46,876 nt of DNA. Origin: an uncultured euryarchaeote. Lineage in GTDB: Archaea; Thermoplasmatota; Thermoplasmata; UBA10834. The notes beneath the pieces were generated by a model that saw only the letters and a program-made list of their open reading frames with translations, did not search any database and was not told the origin of the DNA. The position numbers and the translations under genes are program-made. How positions within the stretch are numbered: the first letter of the stretch is position 1; every line of letters starts with the position of its first letter. The stretch is from positions 1-46,876 of the forward strand of contig CALMQK010000294.1 of assembly GCA_937872085.1 (NCBI GenBank). Direction: 5' to 3'. Below, piece after piece: positions 1 through 9,562 of the stretch.

Positions 1-231
1 GATCCTCTTGTTCTTCAGGAACTCCACGAGGTCCAAGGTCGTGGATATCTCCACCTTGCCCAGGACGAGCGTCGCCTCAAGGGACAGGCCTGGTCCGTAC
101 ATCACAAGGCTGACTGGCTTGAGCTCGACGAGCATCGGCATGAAGTCCTTGAGGTTGGTCCATTCGGCGATGTACTCGAAGGCATCCTCGACCTTGCAGG
201 CCACGGGGGTGTTCCACTTGCAAACGGGCAT
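1..231 (-). CDS. Partial CDS (first 77 codons; runs off the window start), tentatively an SRPBCC/START-like protein
   Basis: Open frame from ATG (reverse complement of cat at 229-231) down to base 1 with no stop: MPVCKWNTPVACKVEDAFEYIAEWTNLKDFMPMLVELKPV... It is absent from the ORF track because it is truncated. The family call rests only on the N-terminal pattern. Confidence 0.35.
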   Translation of the reverse strand, partial: MPVCKWNTPVACKVEDAFEYIAEWTNLKDFMPMLVELKPVSLVMYGPGLSLEATLVLGKVEISTTLDLVEFLKNKRI

Positions 232-417
232 TCGATTTCCACATAGCATCCGTTTGGAGCATATTTATCAGTCGTCCCCCCGCGTCCGCGATGGAGGAGG
301 ACCTCGGCCCGTAGCACATATCCGTACGTTTCCAGTCTTGCGTTTCCAACAGATTCATATCTTGGTTGTCCTGTTCCCATTATTCTGGCCCTTTGGGGCC
401 GGAAGGCTGTGAGCTGG

Positions 418-1989
418 ATGAGGGTTCTCGTCGCTGATGACATCTCGAAGAGCGGCATCGAGATGCTTAAGGAACAGAAGTACGAAGTCGATGTCAGGAC
501 CGGACTCAAGGAGGATGAGCTGGTCAAGATCATCAAGGATTATGATGTGCTACTGGTCAGGAGCGCCACGAAGGCGACCAGGAGGGTCATAGAAGCGGCG
601 TCCAAACTCAAAGTGATTGGAAGGGCGGGCATCGGCGTCGACAACATCGACGTGGACGCCGCCACGGAGAGAGGCGTCCTGGTCATGAACGCCCCCTCGG
701 GGAACATCGTGTCCACGGCCGAGCTCACCATAGGTCTCATATTCGCGCTCTCGCGAAGGATCCCGCAAGCGGACGCATCGATGAAGAGGGGCGAGTGGAA
801 GCGGAAGGAGATGAAGGGCGTGCAGGTCCAGGGGAAGACCCTGGGCATAGTCGGACTCGGCCGCGTCGGCGCGGAGGTGGCCAAGAAGGCCTCCGCGCTC
901 GGAATGACCGTCGTCGCGTACGACCCGCTCGTGTCACCCGAGGTCGCCGCCAGGCTCCACGTTCGCCTGTTGACCCTGGACATGCTGCTGCAGGACTGCG
1001 ACATCATAACGCTTCACACGCCGCTCACGCCGCAGACGAAGGACATGATCGGCAAGGCCGAGCTCGAAAAGATGAAGAAAACTGCGATGATCATCAACTG
1101 CGCCCGAGGAGGGGTGGTGAACGAGGACGCCCTCCACGAGGCGCTAGCGACGAACAAGATCGCGTGCGCTGCGCTGGACGTCTACGGGAGCGAGCCCCCG
1201 ACGGGGTCCAAGCTCCCGGCGCTCCAGAACATCATCCTCACGCCTCACCTGGGCGCCACCACGAACGAGGCCCAGGAGGAGGTCGGCTCGGAGATCGCGG
1301 AACAGGTGATCGCCTTCCTGAGGGACAAGGTGCTCAAGAACGCCGTCAACCTGCCCGCCAAGCTCGACCCAGAGCTCGCACCCTACATGCCGCTCGCGGA
1401 GAAGCTCGGCACCTTCGCCTCACAACTGGGCCGAAGCAGTGCCGGCAGGATCGAGATAATGTGCATGGGCGAGCTCGCGAAGAAGGACATCAGGATAATC
1501 GCCGCCAGCGTAGTGACCGGACTGCTGAAGCCGCTGTCAGAGGAGTTCAACGTGAACTACATCAACGCCTTCTCGATCGCGAAGTCGAGGGGGATCGATG
1601 TGGTCTCTTCAACGTCCGAGGAATCCGGCCACTACGACAACCTGATCAGGGTATCGCTGAAGACGAACGGCGATTCGGTCTCGACCGCGGGGACGCTCAC
1701 GCTCAACAAGGGTCCGAGGATAGTCGAGGTGAACGGCAGTCCGGTGGACATAGAGCCCGAAGGTTACTTCCTCCTGATCGCTCACACGGACAAGCCGGGC
1801 ATGATCGGAAAGGTCGGTGGCATACTCGGCGACGCGGACGTGAACATCGCAAGTATGGAGGTCGCGAGGGCGAATCCAAGAGGGCCGGCGATGATGATAC
1901 TGGAGCTGGACGAGGATCTGCCGACGGAAGTGCTCAGGAAGGTCCGGCAGATAACGGACCTCAAGTCTGCGATCTCAATCAAATTATAA
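418..1989 (+). CDS. serA: D-3-phosphoglycerate dehydrogenase (long form with C-terminal ACT domain)
   Basis: Starts MRVLVADDIS, has the Rossmann motif GIVGLGRVG, and the 2-hydroxyacid dehydrogenase core (RGGVVNEDAL, TPHLGATT). C-terminal ACT-like region PGMIGKVGGILGDADVNIASMEV. I prefer ATG at 418 over the GTG at 409 used by the track, because GGAAGG lies about 12 nt upstream. Confidence 0.9.
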   Translation: MRVLVADDISKSGIEMLKEQKYEVDVRTGLKEDELVKIIKDYDVLLVRSATKATRRVIEAASKLKVIGRAGIGVDNIDVDAATERGVLVMNAPSGNIVSTAELTIGLIFALSRRIPQADASMKRGEWKRKEMKGVQVQGKTLGIVGLGRVGAEVAKKASALGMTVVAYDPLVSPEVAARLHVRLLTLDMLLQDCDIITLHTPLTPQTKDMIGKAELEKMKKTAMIINCARGGVVNEDALHEALATNKIACAALDVYGSEPPTGSKLPALQNIILTPHLGATTNEAQEEVGSEIAEQVIAFLRDKVLKNAVNLPAKLDPELAPYMPLAEKLGTFASQLGRSSAGRIEIMCMGELAKKDIRIIAASVVTGLLKPLSEEFNVNYINAFSIAKSRGIDVVSSTSEESGHYDNLIRVSLKTNGDSVSTAGTLTLNKGPRIVEVNGSPVDIEPEGYFLLIAHTDKPGMIGKVGGILGDADVNIASMEVARANPRGPAMMILELDEDLPTEVLRKVRQITDLKSAISIKL

Positions 1990-2032
1990 AGCTGACATCT
2001 GCATTTAGCTTTCACCACGAAGGAGACATACC

Positions 2033-2632
2033 GTGCAGGTCGAGAAGATTCTTATCAAGGTCCGAAATGCCACAGAAGATGACTTGGACGAGGTCGCGAA
2101 CCTCTGGGAGAAGCTTGCCAGTCATCATGCGGATCTCTCGGACGATTTTGCCCTTGCGTGGGACAGCAAGAGGCGCTGGACCAAGTACCTCCGCGAGAAG
2201 TTCGCCGAGATAAGCACGAAACTGATCGTCGCCGAGGAGGAGGATGAGATAGTTGGGTTCATGCTCTGCATGCTCTCTCCGAACGTCCCGATCTACAAGG
2301 AGAGGAAGCTCGGCATCATCTCGGACGCATATGTGCAAGAGGAGCGCCGGAAGAAAGGCGTGGCGAACAAGATGTTCGATGTCGCTCTGAAGTGGTTCAG
2401 GAAGAACAGAGTCAAGACGGTAGAGCTACGCGTCGCGATGATGAACCCCGAAGCGCAAGCGGTCTGGAAGGCGCTGGGCTTCGCGCCCTTCATCATCTAT
2501 GAGAGACTCTACCCTGACAAGCTGCCGCAGAGACCGGCGCCCAGAGTAAGGAAGAGGGTTGTCAGGAAGAAGAAAGTGGCGAAGAAAAAGGGGTTGACCC
2601 AGAGGATCAGATTTTCTCGAGGGTCCGCTTGA
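2033..2632 (+). CDS. GNAT-family N-acetyltransferase with a basic C-terminal tail
   Basis: GTG start preceded by AGGAGA at 2021-2026. GNAT motif A-like segment YVQEERRKKGVANKMF. Lys/Arg-rich tail RVRKRVVRKKKVAKKK. The 3' end overlaps the convergent aminotransferase by 26 nt. Confidence 0.75.
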   Translation: MQVEKILIKVRNATEDDLDEVANLWEKLASHHADLSDDFALAWDSKRRWTKYLREKFAEISTKLIVAEEEDEIVGFMLCMLSPNVPIYKERKLGIISDAYVQEERRKKGVANKMFDVALKWFRKNRVKTVELRVAMMNPEAQAVWKALGFAPFIIYERLYPDKLPQRPAPRVRKRVVRKKKVAKKKGLTQRIRFSRGSA

Positions 2633-3767
2633 GCCTCCCCATGCCTTCCTGGATGTTCTTCTTGTTCGTGGCGTAGGATATCCTCAGATGCTGCTCGCCT
2701 GCCGAACCGAAAGATGAGCCGCCGGTCAGAGCGACCTCGGCCTTGTCCATCAATAGCAGGGCGAGCTCCTCGGAGGGCATCTTCTGGTCGAACCTCGGGA
2801 AGATGTAGAACGCTCCCTTAGGCTTGTCGCAGTGCAGGCTCGGGATCTCCTTGATGAGCTTCATGATGAGGTCCCTCCGCTCCTCGAACTCCTTCACCAT
2901 CATCTTCACGGGCTCCTTCGGGCCGGTGAGCGCCGCGAGTCCGCCGTACTGGGCGAACGAGACGGCATGGGTTATCGAGTGCTGCTGGATCTTGTTGATG
3001 CCCTTGAAGATCGGCTTCGGGGCGACGAGCCAGCCAAGCCTCCAGCCGGTCATTGCGTAAGTCTTCGAAAACCCGCTGATGGTGATCGTGCGGTCGAACA
3101 TCCCCGGCTCGGCCGCGATGGAATGATGCTTCATGCCGTCGAAGATGATCTTCTCGTAGACCTCGTCGGAGAGCACCAGCAGGTCGTGGTCCTTCGCAAG
3201 ATCGGCCAAGCCCTTGATGTCCTCGTGCGTGGACACGGCCCCGCACGGGTTGGATGGCGAGTTGAGGAGTATCATCTTGGTCTTGTCGGTGATGAGCTCC
3301 GCGACCTTCTCCGGGAGTATCCTGAACTCGTGTTCGTCGGTCGTGACCACGGGCACGGCCTTGCCTCCGGCCAGCTGGACGCAGGGCTCGTAGGTGACCC
3401 AGGCGGGGTCAGGCATGATGACCTCCTCGCCCTCATTGATCGTCGCCAAGATCGTCTCGAAGATCGCCTGCTTGGTCGGCGTTATCAGGACATTGGACTT
3501 GTCGCAGGGGACGTTGTTGTCGTTCTTCTCCATGTTCGCGACGGCCTCCCTGAGCTCTGGCAGGCCAGGGGCGTCGAGATACCTCGTCTTCCCGTCATCG
3601 AGCGCCTTCTTCGCGGCCTCGACAATGTGCTTCGGAGTGTCGAAGTCGGGCTCGCCGACCGTGAAGGAGATTATGTTCTTCCCCTCGGCCTTCTTCTGCC
3701 CGGCAAGTTCCTTCATCCTCATGGTGCCAGATTCTTGTACGCGCTTCACTCGCTCCGAGATCATCAA
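2607..3767 (-). CDS. Class I/II PLP-dependent aminotransferase (aspartate aminotransferase-like)
   Basis: GEPDFDTP near the N-terminus, NPSNPCGAV, and the PLP-lysine context SGFSKTYAMTGWRLGW. Length of 386 aa is typical. Confidence 0.85.
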   Translation of the reverse strand: MMISERVKRVQESGTMRMKELAGQKKAEGKNIISFTVGEPDFDTPKHIVEAAKKALDDGKTRYLDAPGLPELREAVANMEKNDNNVPCDKSNVLITPTKQAIFETILATINEGEEVIMPDPAWVTYEPCVQLAGGKAVPVVTTDEHEFRILPEKVAELITDKTKMILLNSPSNPCGAVSTHEDIKGLADLAKDHDLLVLSDEVYEKIIFDGMKHHSIAAEPGMFDRTITISGFSKTYAMTGWRLGWLVAPKPIFKGINKIQQHSITHAVSFAQYGGLAALTGPKEPVKMMVKEFEERRDLIMKLIKEIPSLHCDKPKGAFYIFPRFDQKMPSEELALLLMDKAEVALTGGSSFGSAGEQHLRISYATNKKNIQEGMGRLKRTLEKI

Positions 3768-3797
3768 AGTCGCCTCTCACCCGCAAGGTCAGGGCAG

Positions 3798-3805
3798 ATA
3801 TAAAT
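3798..3805 (-). promoter_or_regulatory. Candidate TATA box for the aminotransferase gene
   Basis: ATTTATAT on the minus strand, about 31 nt upstream of the ATG at 3767. It is an isolated AT-rich octamer in GC-rich DNA. Confidence 0.3.
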
Positions 3806-3892
3806 CATTGACGTCCATGTTTCGACATTCCGCCCGCGCAGGCCAGCCTCCGGCAGAAACACTATTAGGCCAAGGAGGCTTTCGAAGGAGTC

Positions 3893-4897
3893 ATGGTACT
3901 CAGGACCGGAAAGCTGCCCCCGGAATTGCTCAAGAGGATATTGAGGAACCGAGGCGCGAAGGACCCGAGGGTGGTCACGGGTCCCGGGATCGGCGAGGAC
4001 GCAGCAGTGGTAAGGTTGGGAAAGATCCTGCTCGTGCTCAAGACTGACCCCGTCACCTATGCAGCCGACCTGATAGGTTGGTATGCGGTCAACATCAACG
4101 CGAACGACGTGGTCACGAGGGGAGCGATGCCCGCATGGTTCCAGGCGACTATACTGCTCCCACAGGGCTCCGAGATGAGCTTGGTGGAGGAGATCTCGAA
4201 ACAGATCTCCGATGCGGCGAAGGGACTAGGAATCGCGGTCACAGGAGGCCACACCGAGGTCTCCCCGGGGATCGACCACCCGATAGTGGTCGGGGACATG
4301 CACGGGATAGTCCAGACCCCACAGCCTGTGAGCACATCGGGCGCGAGAGCAGGCGACATGATAGTCATGACAAAGAGCGCGGGCATCGAGGGCACGGCCC
4401 TGATCGCGCGGGAAAGGAGGGACGAACTCCTGAAGACGATGGATGCGAGATTCGTGGACAAAGCTGCGAACTACCTCTTCGACCCTGGTCTATCGATCGT
4501 CCGCGAAGCGACGACGGCTTTGAAGTTCAATGTGAGCGCGATGCACGACCCGACGGAAGGTGGGGTCGCGATGGGAGCTGAAGAGATCGCGCAGGCATCC
4601 GGAAGACCGGTCGAGATCTGGCTCGACAAGGTGACCGTAAGAGAGGAAACTGCGATGATCTGCGAAAAGTTTGGACTCGATCCGCTAGGCCTGCTCGGTT
4701 CCGGCGCGTTGCTCGCGACTTTCAAGCCAGCGGACGCCGAGAGATACGTAGCGGCTCTCAGAAAGATGGGCATCCAGGCGGCAGTGATCGGGAAGGTGCT
4801 CACGGGGAAGGGCAGGTCCAGGTTGGTCTCCGGGAAAAAGGTCATTCCTCTTTCTTCTTCGGAGCGCGACGAGGTTTTGAAGGTTTTGTCGCCTTGA
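3893..4897 (+). CDS. AIR synthase-related (PurM/HypE/ThiL superfamily) protein
   Basis: N-terminal GEDAAVV..., DPVTY, NDVVTRGA and GGHTEV motifs are typical of the PurM-like ATP-binding superfamily. Specific function not assignable. Confidence 0.6.
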   Translation: MVLRTGKLPPELLKRILRNRGAKDPRVVTGPGIGEDAAVVRLGKILLVLKTDPVTYAADLIGWYAVNINANDVVTRGAMPAWFQATILLPQGSEMSLVEEISKQISDAAKGLGIAVTGGHTEVSPGIDHPIVVGDMHGIVQTPQPVSTSGARAGDMIVMTKSAGIEGTALIARERRDELLKTMDARFVDKAANYLFDPGLSIVREATTALKFNVSAMHDPTEGGVAMGAEEIAQASGRPVEIWLDKVTVREETAMICEKFGLDPLGLLGSGALLATFKPADAERYVAALRKMGIQAAVIGKVLTGKGRSRLVSGKKVIPLSSSERDEVLKVLSP

Positions 4898-5657
4898 CCT
4901 TCTCTTCGGGCGTTTTTCCCGCATCCTTGACCTTCGCCTCTGGCGCTTTTCCAGCATCCTTGACCTTCGCCTCTGGCGCTTTTCCCGCGTATTGGATCGC
5001 GGAGAACAATTTGTAGGTCACGGTCCACACCTTCTGCAGCCTCGGGCCGAGTGAGACTTTGGTGTGCTTGAACTTGCTCAGGTCGCTCCTGAAATCCCCC
5101 TTGGAGAAGCCTCCGATGATGACGACGACGCGTTCCACATCTTTCAACGGAGCGAAGATCTCCAAAAGCGGAGTCTGTAGCTCGGCCGGCGTGAGCACGA
5201 GTACCTCATCGGGCTTCAGGGCCTTCACGAGGACTTCAAGCGGGACTTCGTTCCTCAGCTCCAGGAGGGCGTTCTCCCTCGACGGCACCACCCGCTGCTC
5301 GTACAGCGACTCTATCAGGCCGACGAACCTCGGATAGTGCGGCGGAAGCCTGGTCTCCGGCTTGACCGCGATTACGTCGTTGTTCCTGGTGTGGACGAAG
5401 GCGTGCAGCTTGCCCTCGAGCGATAGATCGGAATCGATGCATAGCATCAGGAAGAAGTGGACGATGTCGGGCCTTCCTCGCCGCTCGGAATCCGGCAACC
5501 TTGCGAACGCGGGATGATGGTGAGATGCATCGAGCAACAGCTTCTCAGGCGCCTTGCCCCGTGCGCGCGCGTTGTTGAGGATGCTCCGTTCGTTGACTAT
5601 CTCCTTGGGGATGAGCTCCAGCTCCGAGTCCGCTAGGATGAAGAACCACTGCGTCAC
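4842..5657 (-). CDS. nep1: Ribosomal RNA small-subunit methyltransferase Nep1/Emg1 with a Lys/Ala/Pro/Glu-rich repeat tail
   Basis: LILADSELELIP..., LLDASHHHP and GRPDIVHFFL are characteristic of the archaeal/eukaryotic Nep1 SPOUT fold. An extra tail of about 48 aa reads AGKAPEAKVKDAGKAPEAKVKDAGKTPEEKVKATKPSKPRRAPKKKEE. Confidence 0.8.
   Translation of the reverse strand: MTQWFFILADSELELIPKEIVNERSILNNARARGKAPEKLLLDASHHHPAFARLPDSERRGRPDIVHFFLMLCIDSDLSLEGKLHAFVHTRNNDVIAVKPETRLPPHYPRFVGLIESLYEQRVVPSRENALLELRNEVPLEVLVKALKPDEVLVLTPAELQTPLLEIFAPLKDVERVVVIIGGFSKGDFRSDLSKFKHTKVSLGPRLQKVWTVTYKLFSAIQYAGKAPEAKVKDAGKAPEAKVKDAGKTPEEKVKATKPSKPRRAPKKKEE
4888..4986. repeat. 33-nt tandem repeat, 3 copies (two nearly identical, one degenerate), inside the nep1 3' end
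   Basis: 4921-4953 and 4954-4986 (gcatccttgaccttcgcctctggcgcttttcc[a/c]) differ only at the last base. 4888-4920 is a diverged copy. Each unit encodes 11 aa (KDAGKAPEAKV). Confidence 0.85.
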
Positions 5658-6724
5658 GACAAGACCTCCTTCAGCTGGTCATGTTCTTTCGCAAACTTGA
5701 TCTCCTGCGCGATCCTCCGGCCGGTCGAGACACCAGGCTCCAACAGGTCCGAGTACGGCGAACCGGATATGAACGGGTTCGTCCCCGCAACTATCCTCGA
5801 GGATATCTCGAAGACCTTCACCGCGAGGCTGTCGGTGACGATGCACTCGAGGCAGAACGGTCCTATCATGCCTCCGAACAGCTCCAAGGAGCGCTCGATC
5901 GCGCGCTCCCCCAGCTCCAGCAGTTTCGGGAGCAGGGACTCACGGACCACCACGGGCACGTTCCCCGTGACAACGAATGTCGGGTAGTGGCCGAGCTTCT
6001 TGAGCTCCTCCTGGCCTCCGAGCTTGTACATCTCATCGATGTTCGACTCGTCCCTCCTGTCCATGCTCATGAGTTCGAGCACTCCCTTGCTCAGGTGGTA
6101 CCCTTCCGTCCGGATCGGCGAGTAGAAGAAGTGTATGTAGTACCTAGTCCCCAGGATGTACTCCTGGATCGAGAACTTCTGATTATGGTCTATGCCCAGC
6201 TTGAAGTCCGGGTAGTCCTTCGCGATGAAGAACCCGCGCCCGCCCTTCGCGCCATCGTACTTGACCAGGACCGGACGGTCGATCATCTTCGGGTCCTCGA
6301 TCTTATGGGGCATCTCGAGACCCGCGCTAGTGAGCCACGTCCGCTCCTTGTCCCTGTCGCTCTCCCATTCGAGCACATGCCTGTTGCCGAATGTGGGGAC
6401 CTCAAGCGCCTCGAAGCTCTTGGGGGTCATGTACTCCACGAACGAGCCGTGGGGCACGAGGATCACGTTCTTCTTGATGAGCTCCTCCTCGCGGTCCAGT
6501 AGCTCAGTGTACGAGTCTACGAATAGGAACTCGTCAGGCTTCCCACGCGGAAAGGCGTCGTAGAATTTCGTCTTCTGGCTTATGGCTATGCCCAGCGTCT
6601 TGAAACCTTCCTTCCTCGCTCCGTTGAAAATCTGGAGGGAGGTATGTGAGCACGCCGTGGCGATGACAAGGTTGTCTTTGTCGTAGCCATCGATGATACG
6701 GTTTATCCTGTCCCGTGAGACCAT
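5654..6724 (-). CDS. purP: 5-formaminoimidazole-4-carboxamide ribonucleotide (FAICAR) synthetase, archaeal PurP
   Basis: IATACSHTSLQIFNGARKEGF, ILVPHGSFVEY, and an ATP-grasp-like C-terminal half. Start set at internal ATG 6724 (M31 of the track ORF), which begins MVSRDRINRIIDGYDKDNL. Confidence 0.85.
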   Translation of the reverse strand: MVSRDRINRIIDGYDKDNLVIATACSHTSLQIFNGARKEGFKTLGIAISQKTKFYDAFPRGKPDEFLFVDSYTELLDREEELIKKNVILVPHGSFVEYMTPKSFEALEVPTFGNRHVLEWESDRDKERTWLTSAGLEMPHKIEDPKMIDRPVLVKYDGAKGGRGFFIAKDYPDFKLGIDHNQKFSIQEYILGTRYYIHFFYSPIRTEGYHLSKGVLELMSMDRRDESNIDEMYKLGGQEELKKLGHYPTFVVTGNVPVVVRESLLPKLLELGERAIERSLELFGGMIGPFCLECIVTDSLAVKVFEISSRIVAGTNPFISGSPYSDLLEPGVSTGRRIAQEIKFAKEHDQLKEVLS

Positions 6725-6747
6725 TGTCGCGCATATCCAGTCATCCG

Positions 6748-6755
6748 ATTTAATA
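6748..6755 (-). promoter_or_regulatory. Candidate TATA box for purP (would give a leaderless or near-leaderless mRNA)
   Basis: TATTAAAT on the minus strand, ending about 24 nt upstream of the ATG at 6724. Confidence 0.3.
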
Positions 6756-6874
6756 CTTACCGTGCATCGGGAGGGCCCTGTTGACCAGAAAAGCGCCGCT
6801 TGTGCCCGTGGCACTCATCCGTGCACCGTGGACCGGTCCAGACTGAGCGGGCCGCATCTCCAGGCACCAGCCCG

Positions 6875-7342
6875 TTAGAGAGGCCCGATGTATGTTGTAT
6901 AGAAAATCCAGATGCCATAGATCATGGTGGCGACCCACAGCGCAACGAACACGGTCCCGACGATTCTGTGTCTCGCCCCTTTGGCATTCAGATAGAAGTT
7001 CTTCGACTTCCCGCTCTTGACCCTGTACCTGAAACCGAGCCAGATGTTGGCGATGCCGAGCGCTGCGGTGAGGATCGCAAGGGCAATGTGCGGCAACCCT
7101 GGAGTGTGCGGATAAGGAAACGATCCGAAGAAACCCTGGGACACCCTGTACATCATTAGCGGCTTCACGACCAACAGGTCGCCCAGGAAAGCGGCCAATA
7201 TCATCCAGTGATGGTTCCTGCCTTTGTGCATGTGGGCCATGACGATGGCAGCGGCGATCACGATGCCCACCAGCGCCTCACCGATCAAGACCGAGAGCGC
7301 GAGGTATGTCATTTTGACACCGAAGACGGTTATCAGGTCCAC
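6875..7342 (-). CDS. Small polytopic membrane protein, DUF420-like
   Basis: Four predicted hydrophobic helices. His-containing motifs (HIALAIL, HRIVGTVFVALWVATMIYGIWIF) resemble DUF420. The GTG at 7342 or the ATG at 7312 are both possible starts. Confidence 0.5.
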   Translation of the reverse strand: MDLITVFGVKMTYLALSVLIGEALVGIVIAAAIVMAHMHKGRNHHWMILAAFLGDLLVVKPLMMYRVSQGFFGSFPYPHTPGLPHIALAILTAALGIANIWLGFRYRVKSGKSKNFYLNAKGARHRIVGTVFVALWVATMIYGIWIFYTTYIGPL

Positions 7343-7431
7343 GGCGGGGGAATCCTGGTACGCTGGTAATATGGATTTCCCTGCCCCCGCTCGTCCCTCG
7401 TCGATCTGAAAGGATTATAGCATCGGATTGA

Positions 7432-8709
7432 ATGCGCATGCCTAGAGAAGCCGGGGTTCGACCGATGGCGTCCGGAGATCCACAGCGCAGGCACAGGAAA
7501 GCACTCCTTACTGGCATTGCGACGAACGTCCTCGTCTTGGGAGTGGTCAGCCTGCTCACGGACATGAGCAGTGAGATGATCTATCCCATCCTGCCCCTGT
7601 TCCTGACCGCCATTGGAGCCAGCGGCCTGGTCATCGGCCTGATCGAGGGGGCATCGGAGACTACGGCGTCCCTCGTCAAAGTGTTCTCCGGATGGTACTC
7701 CGACAGGCTCCCCAAGAGGAAGCCTTTCATCTCTGGCGGCTACACGCTCAGCACGGTGGTCAAACCGATCCTGGCAGTCGCGACCTCGCCCCTCCAGGTC
7801 CTGGGCATCAGGATCACCGAGCGCGTTGGGAAGGGCATTCGTAGCGCTCCGAGGGACGCGCTCATCGCGGACTCGACAGCACCGGAGTACCGCGGGAGGG
7901 CCTACGGGCTGCACAAGGCGTTCGATTCGTCGGGCGCGGTGATCGGGCCCATACTGGTGATTCCGATCCTGTTGGCGGCGAGCACGATTACGACCGGTAC
8001 ATTCAGACTTGTATTCCTGTTGTCCACTCTCCCTGCCCTGGCCGCAGTGTTGGTCTTGTTCCTGTTCGTCCGGGAGAAGGCAGTGGTAAGGACCGGACAG
8101 ACTGGGGCATTCCTGAAGGACATCGGCCGGCTCGGCAGACCTTTCTACATGCTCATGGCGGTGGTCTTGACCTTCTACATCGGGGAGATTAGTTACGCGT
8201 TCATGGTCCTCAGGGCGTACGAGGAGGGCATCGGGACGGTCAACACTATCCTGCTGTATGTCCTCTATAACGCGTTGTTCGTCCTGGTCGCGTTCCCCGC
8301 GGGAATCCTCTCGGACAATCGAGGGAGGAAGCCGGTGATAATCGGCTCCTTCCTGATATTCGCTGGCGCGGCAGCTGTGATGGCCGTCGCAAACTCGTGG
8401 TGGGTCCTGGCTATAAGCTTCGCGATGTTCGGGATATACAAAGGTACCTCGGAGGGCGTCTTCAAGGCCTTTGTGACGGACGTCGTGCCATCCAATCTTC
8501 GGGGCACGGCCCTGGGAGCATTCCACACGTCGGTGGGCCTCGTCATGCTTCCAGGCGGGATCTTCGCGGGGTATATGTGGGACAACGTCGGACACTGGGC
8601 GACTTTCGCCTATGGGTTCTTGACTGCGATCGTCGCGACCGTGCTTCTGCTCGTGGTGAGGACCTCGAAGAAGGTCACACCCGATAAACAGCCCGAGCGA
8701 TCCGCTTGA
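7432..8709 (+). CDS. MFS transporter
   Basis: About 12 hydrophobic segments. MFS loop motifs (GWYSDRLPKRKP, DNRGRKP) sit between TM2/3 and TM8/9. Confidence 0.8.
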   Translation: MRMPREAGVRPMASGDPQRRHRKALLTGIATNVLVLGVVSLLTDMSSEMIYPILPLFLTAIGASGLVIGLIEGASETTASLVKVFSGWYSDRLPKRKPFISGGYTLSTVVKPILAVATSPLQVLGIRITERVGKGIRSAPRDALIADSTAPEYRGRAYGLHKAFDSSGAVIGPILVIPILLAASTITTGTFRLVFLLSTLPALAAVLVLFLFVREKAVVRTGQTGAFLKDIGRLGRPFYMLMAVVLTFYIGEISYAFMVLRAYEEGIGTVNTILLYVLYNALFVLVAFPAGILSDNRGRKPVIIGSFLIFAGAAAVMAVANSWWVLAISFAMFGIYKGTSEGVFKAFVTDVVPSNLRGTALGAFHTSVGLVMLPGGIFAGYMWDNVGHWATFAYGFLTAIVATVLLLVVRTSKKVTPDKQPERSA

Positions 8710-9535
8710 ACAGCGCGGCAGCCATGTCTCGATAGATCAAGGCGGCCACAGCGAGCCAGTAGAGCAAGTACCCGGCAATCTCCGAGAGGGAAGGACTCCC
8801 GTCATATCCGAACAGGGCGGTGAGGACCTTCCCGAGGTCTCCTTGGTCGCTGACAATCCAGTTGGAGTTCCAAACATGGTCCACGAGCGGAGCGACATAG
8901 CCCGCCTCTTGGAACTCGAATATCCCTCGGGATACCAGGCCAGCAGCGAACATGATCAGAAGGATGCCCGTGACATTGAAGAAAGTCCTCATGTTCAGCC
9001 TGGCTGAATACTTGATTATTGCGATAGCCAGGACGAACGCGACCATGAGCCCGATGACCCCGCCGAGGATCACTTGTGCTCCAGTTGTGGTGAACGAGGT
9101 AGAGCCGAGAAAGAGCACGGTTTCCACCCCCTCACGGAAGATGCTCATGAACGCGAGCGAGGCCATCCCGAAGGTTCTCGTCTTGGTCAGCGCCTGTTCG
9201 ACTTTCTGCTTGAGCCCTTCCGAGTAGGCCTTGCTGTTCTCGTTCATCCAAATGATCATGGTCGTGAGGATCGCCATCGAGACGAACATTGTGGTCCCTT
9301 CGAAGACCATCTCCAGCTTCCCTTCGAACTCGACGGCCAAAACGGCAAACAGCGCGGCAACTGCAATGCTAGCCACGATCCCCAGGCCGATGCCGAGATA
9401 GAATGGTTTCTCGAGCGACTTCGCATCCACCTTCTTCAGGTAGCCAAGGATGATGCCGACAATGAGAGCGGCCTCTATGCCCTCTCTGAGCGTGATCAAG
9501 AAACTCGCGAACACCTCTTTTGCCCCCTTCTTCAT
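8675..9535 (-). CDS. FTR1/EfeU-family high-affinity iron permease
   Basis: Two RExxE motifs (REGIEAAL near the N-terminus, REGVETVLF mid-protein) within a 7-TM-like hydrophobic profile. Confidence 0.85.
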   Translation of the reverse strand: MKKGAKEVFASFLITLREGIEAALIVGIILGYLKKVDAKSLEKPFYLGIGLGIVASIAVAALFAVLAVEFEGKLEMVFEGTTMFVSMAILTTMIIWMNENSKAYSEGLKQKVEQALTKTRTFGMASLAFMSIFREGVETVLFLGSTSFTTTGAQVILGGVIGLMVAFVLAIAIIKYSARLNMRTFFNVTGILLIMFAAGLVSRGIFEFQEAGYVAPLVDHVWNSNWIVSDQGDLGKVLTALFGYDGSPSLSEIAGYLLYWLAVAALIYRDMAAALFKRIARAVYRV

Positions 9536-9546
9536 CGATTTATAGA

Positions 9547-9562
9547 TTTAGGTATACCTAAA
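9547..9562. promoter_or_regulatory. Perfect 16-bp palindrome TTTAGGTATACCTAAA, a candidate metal-repressor operator of the FTR1 gene
   Basis: Located 12-27 nt upstream of the FTR1 ATG (9535) and downstream of a minus-strand TATTTAT box (9575-9581). Half-sites TTAGGT/ACCTAA resemble DtxR/IdeR-box half-sites. Confidence 0.4.

Noticed and set aside
2520-2632. Lys/Arg-rich C-terminal tail of the GNAT protein, overlapping the convergent aminotransferase 3' end
   Set aside because: It could be a genuine basic tail, or read-through to the first available stop in GC-rich sequence. With no repeat structure or motif I did not raise it to a finding.
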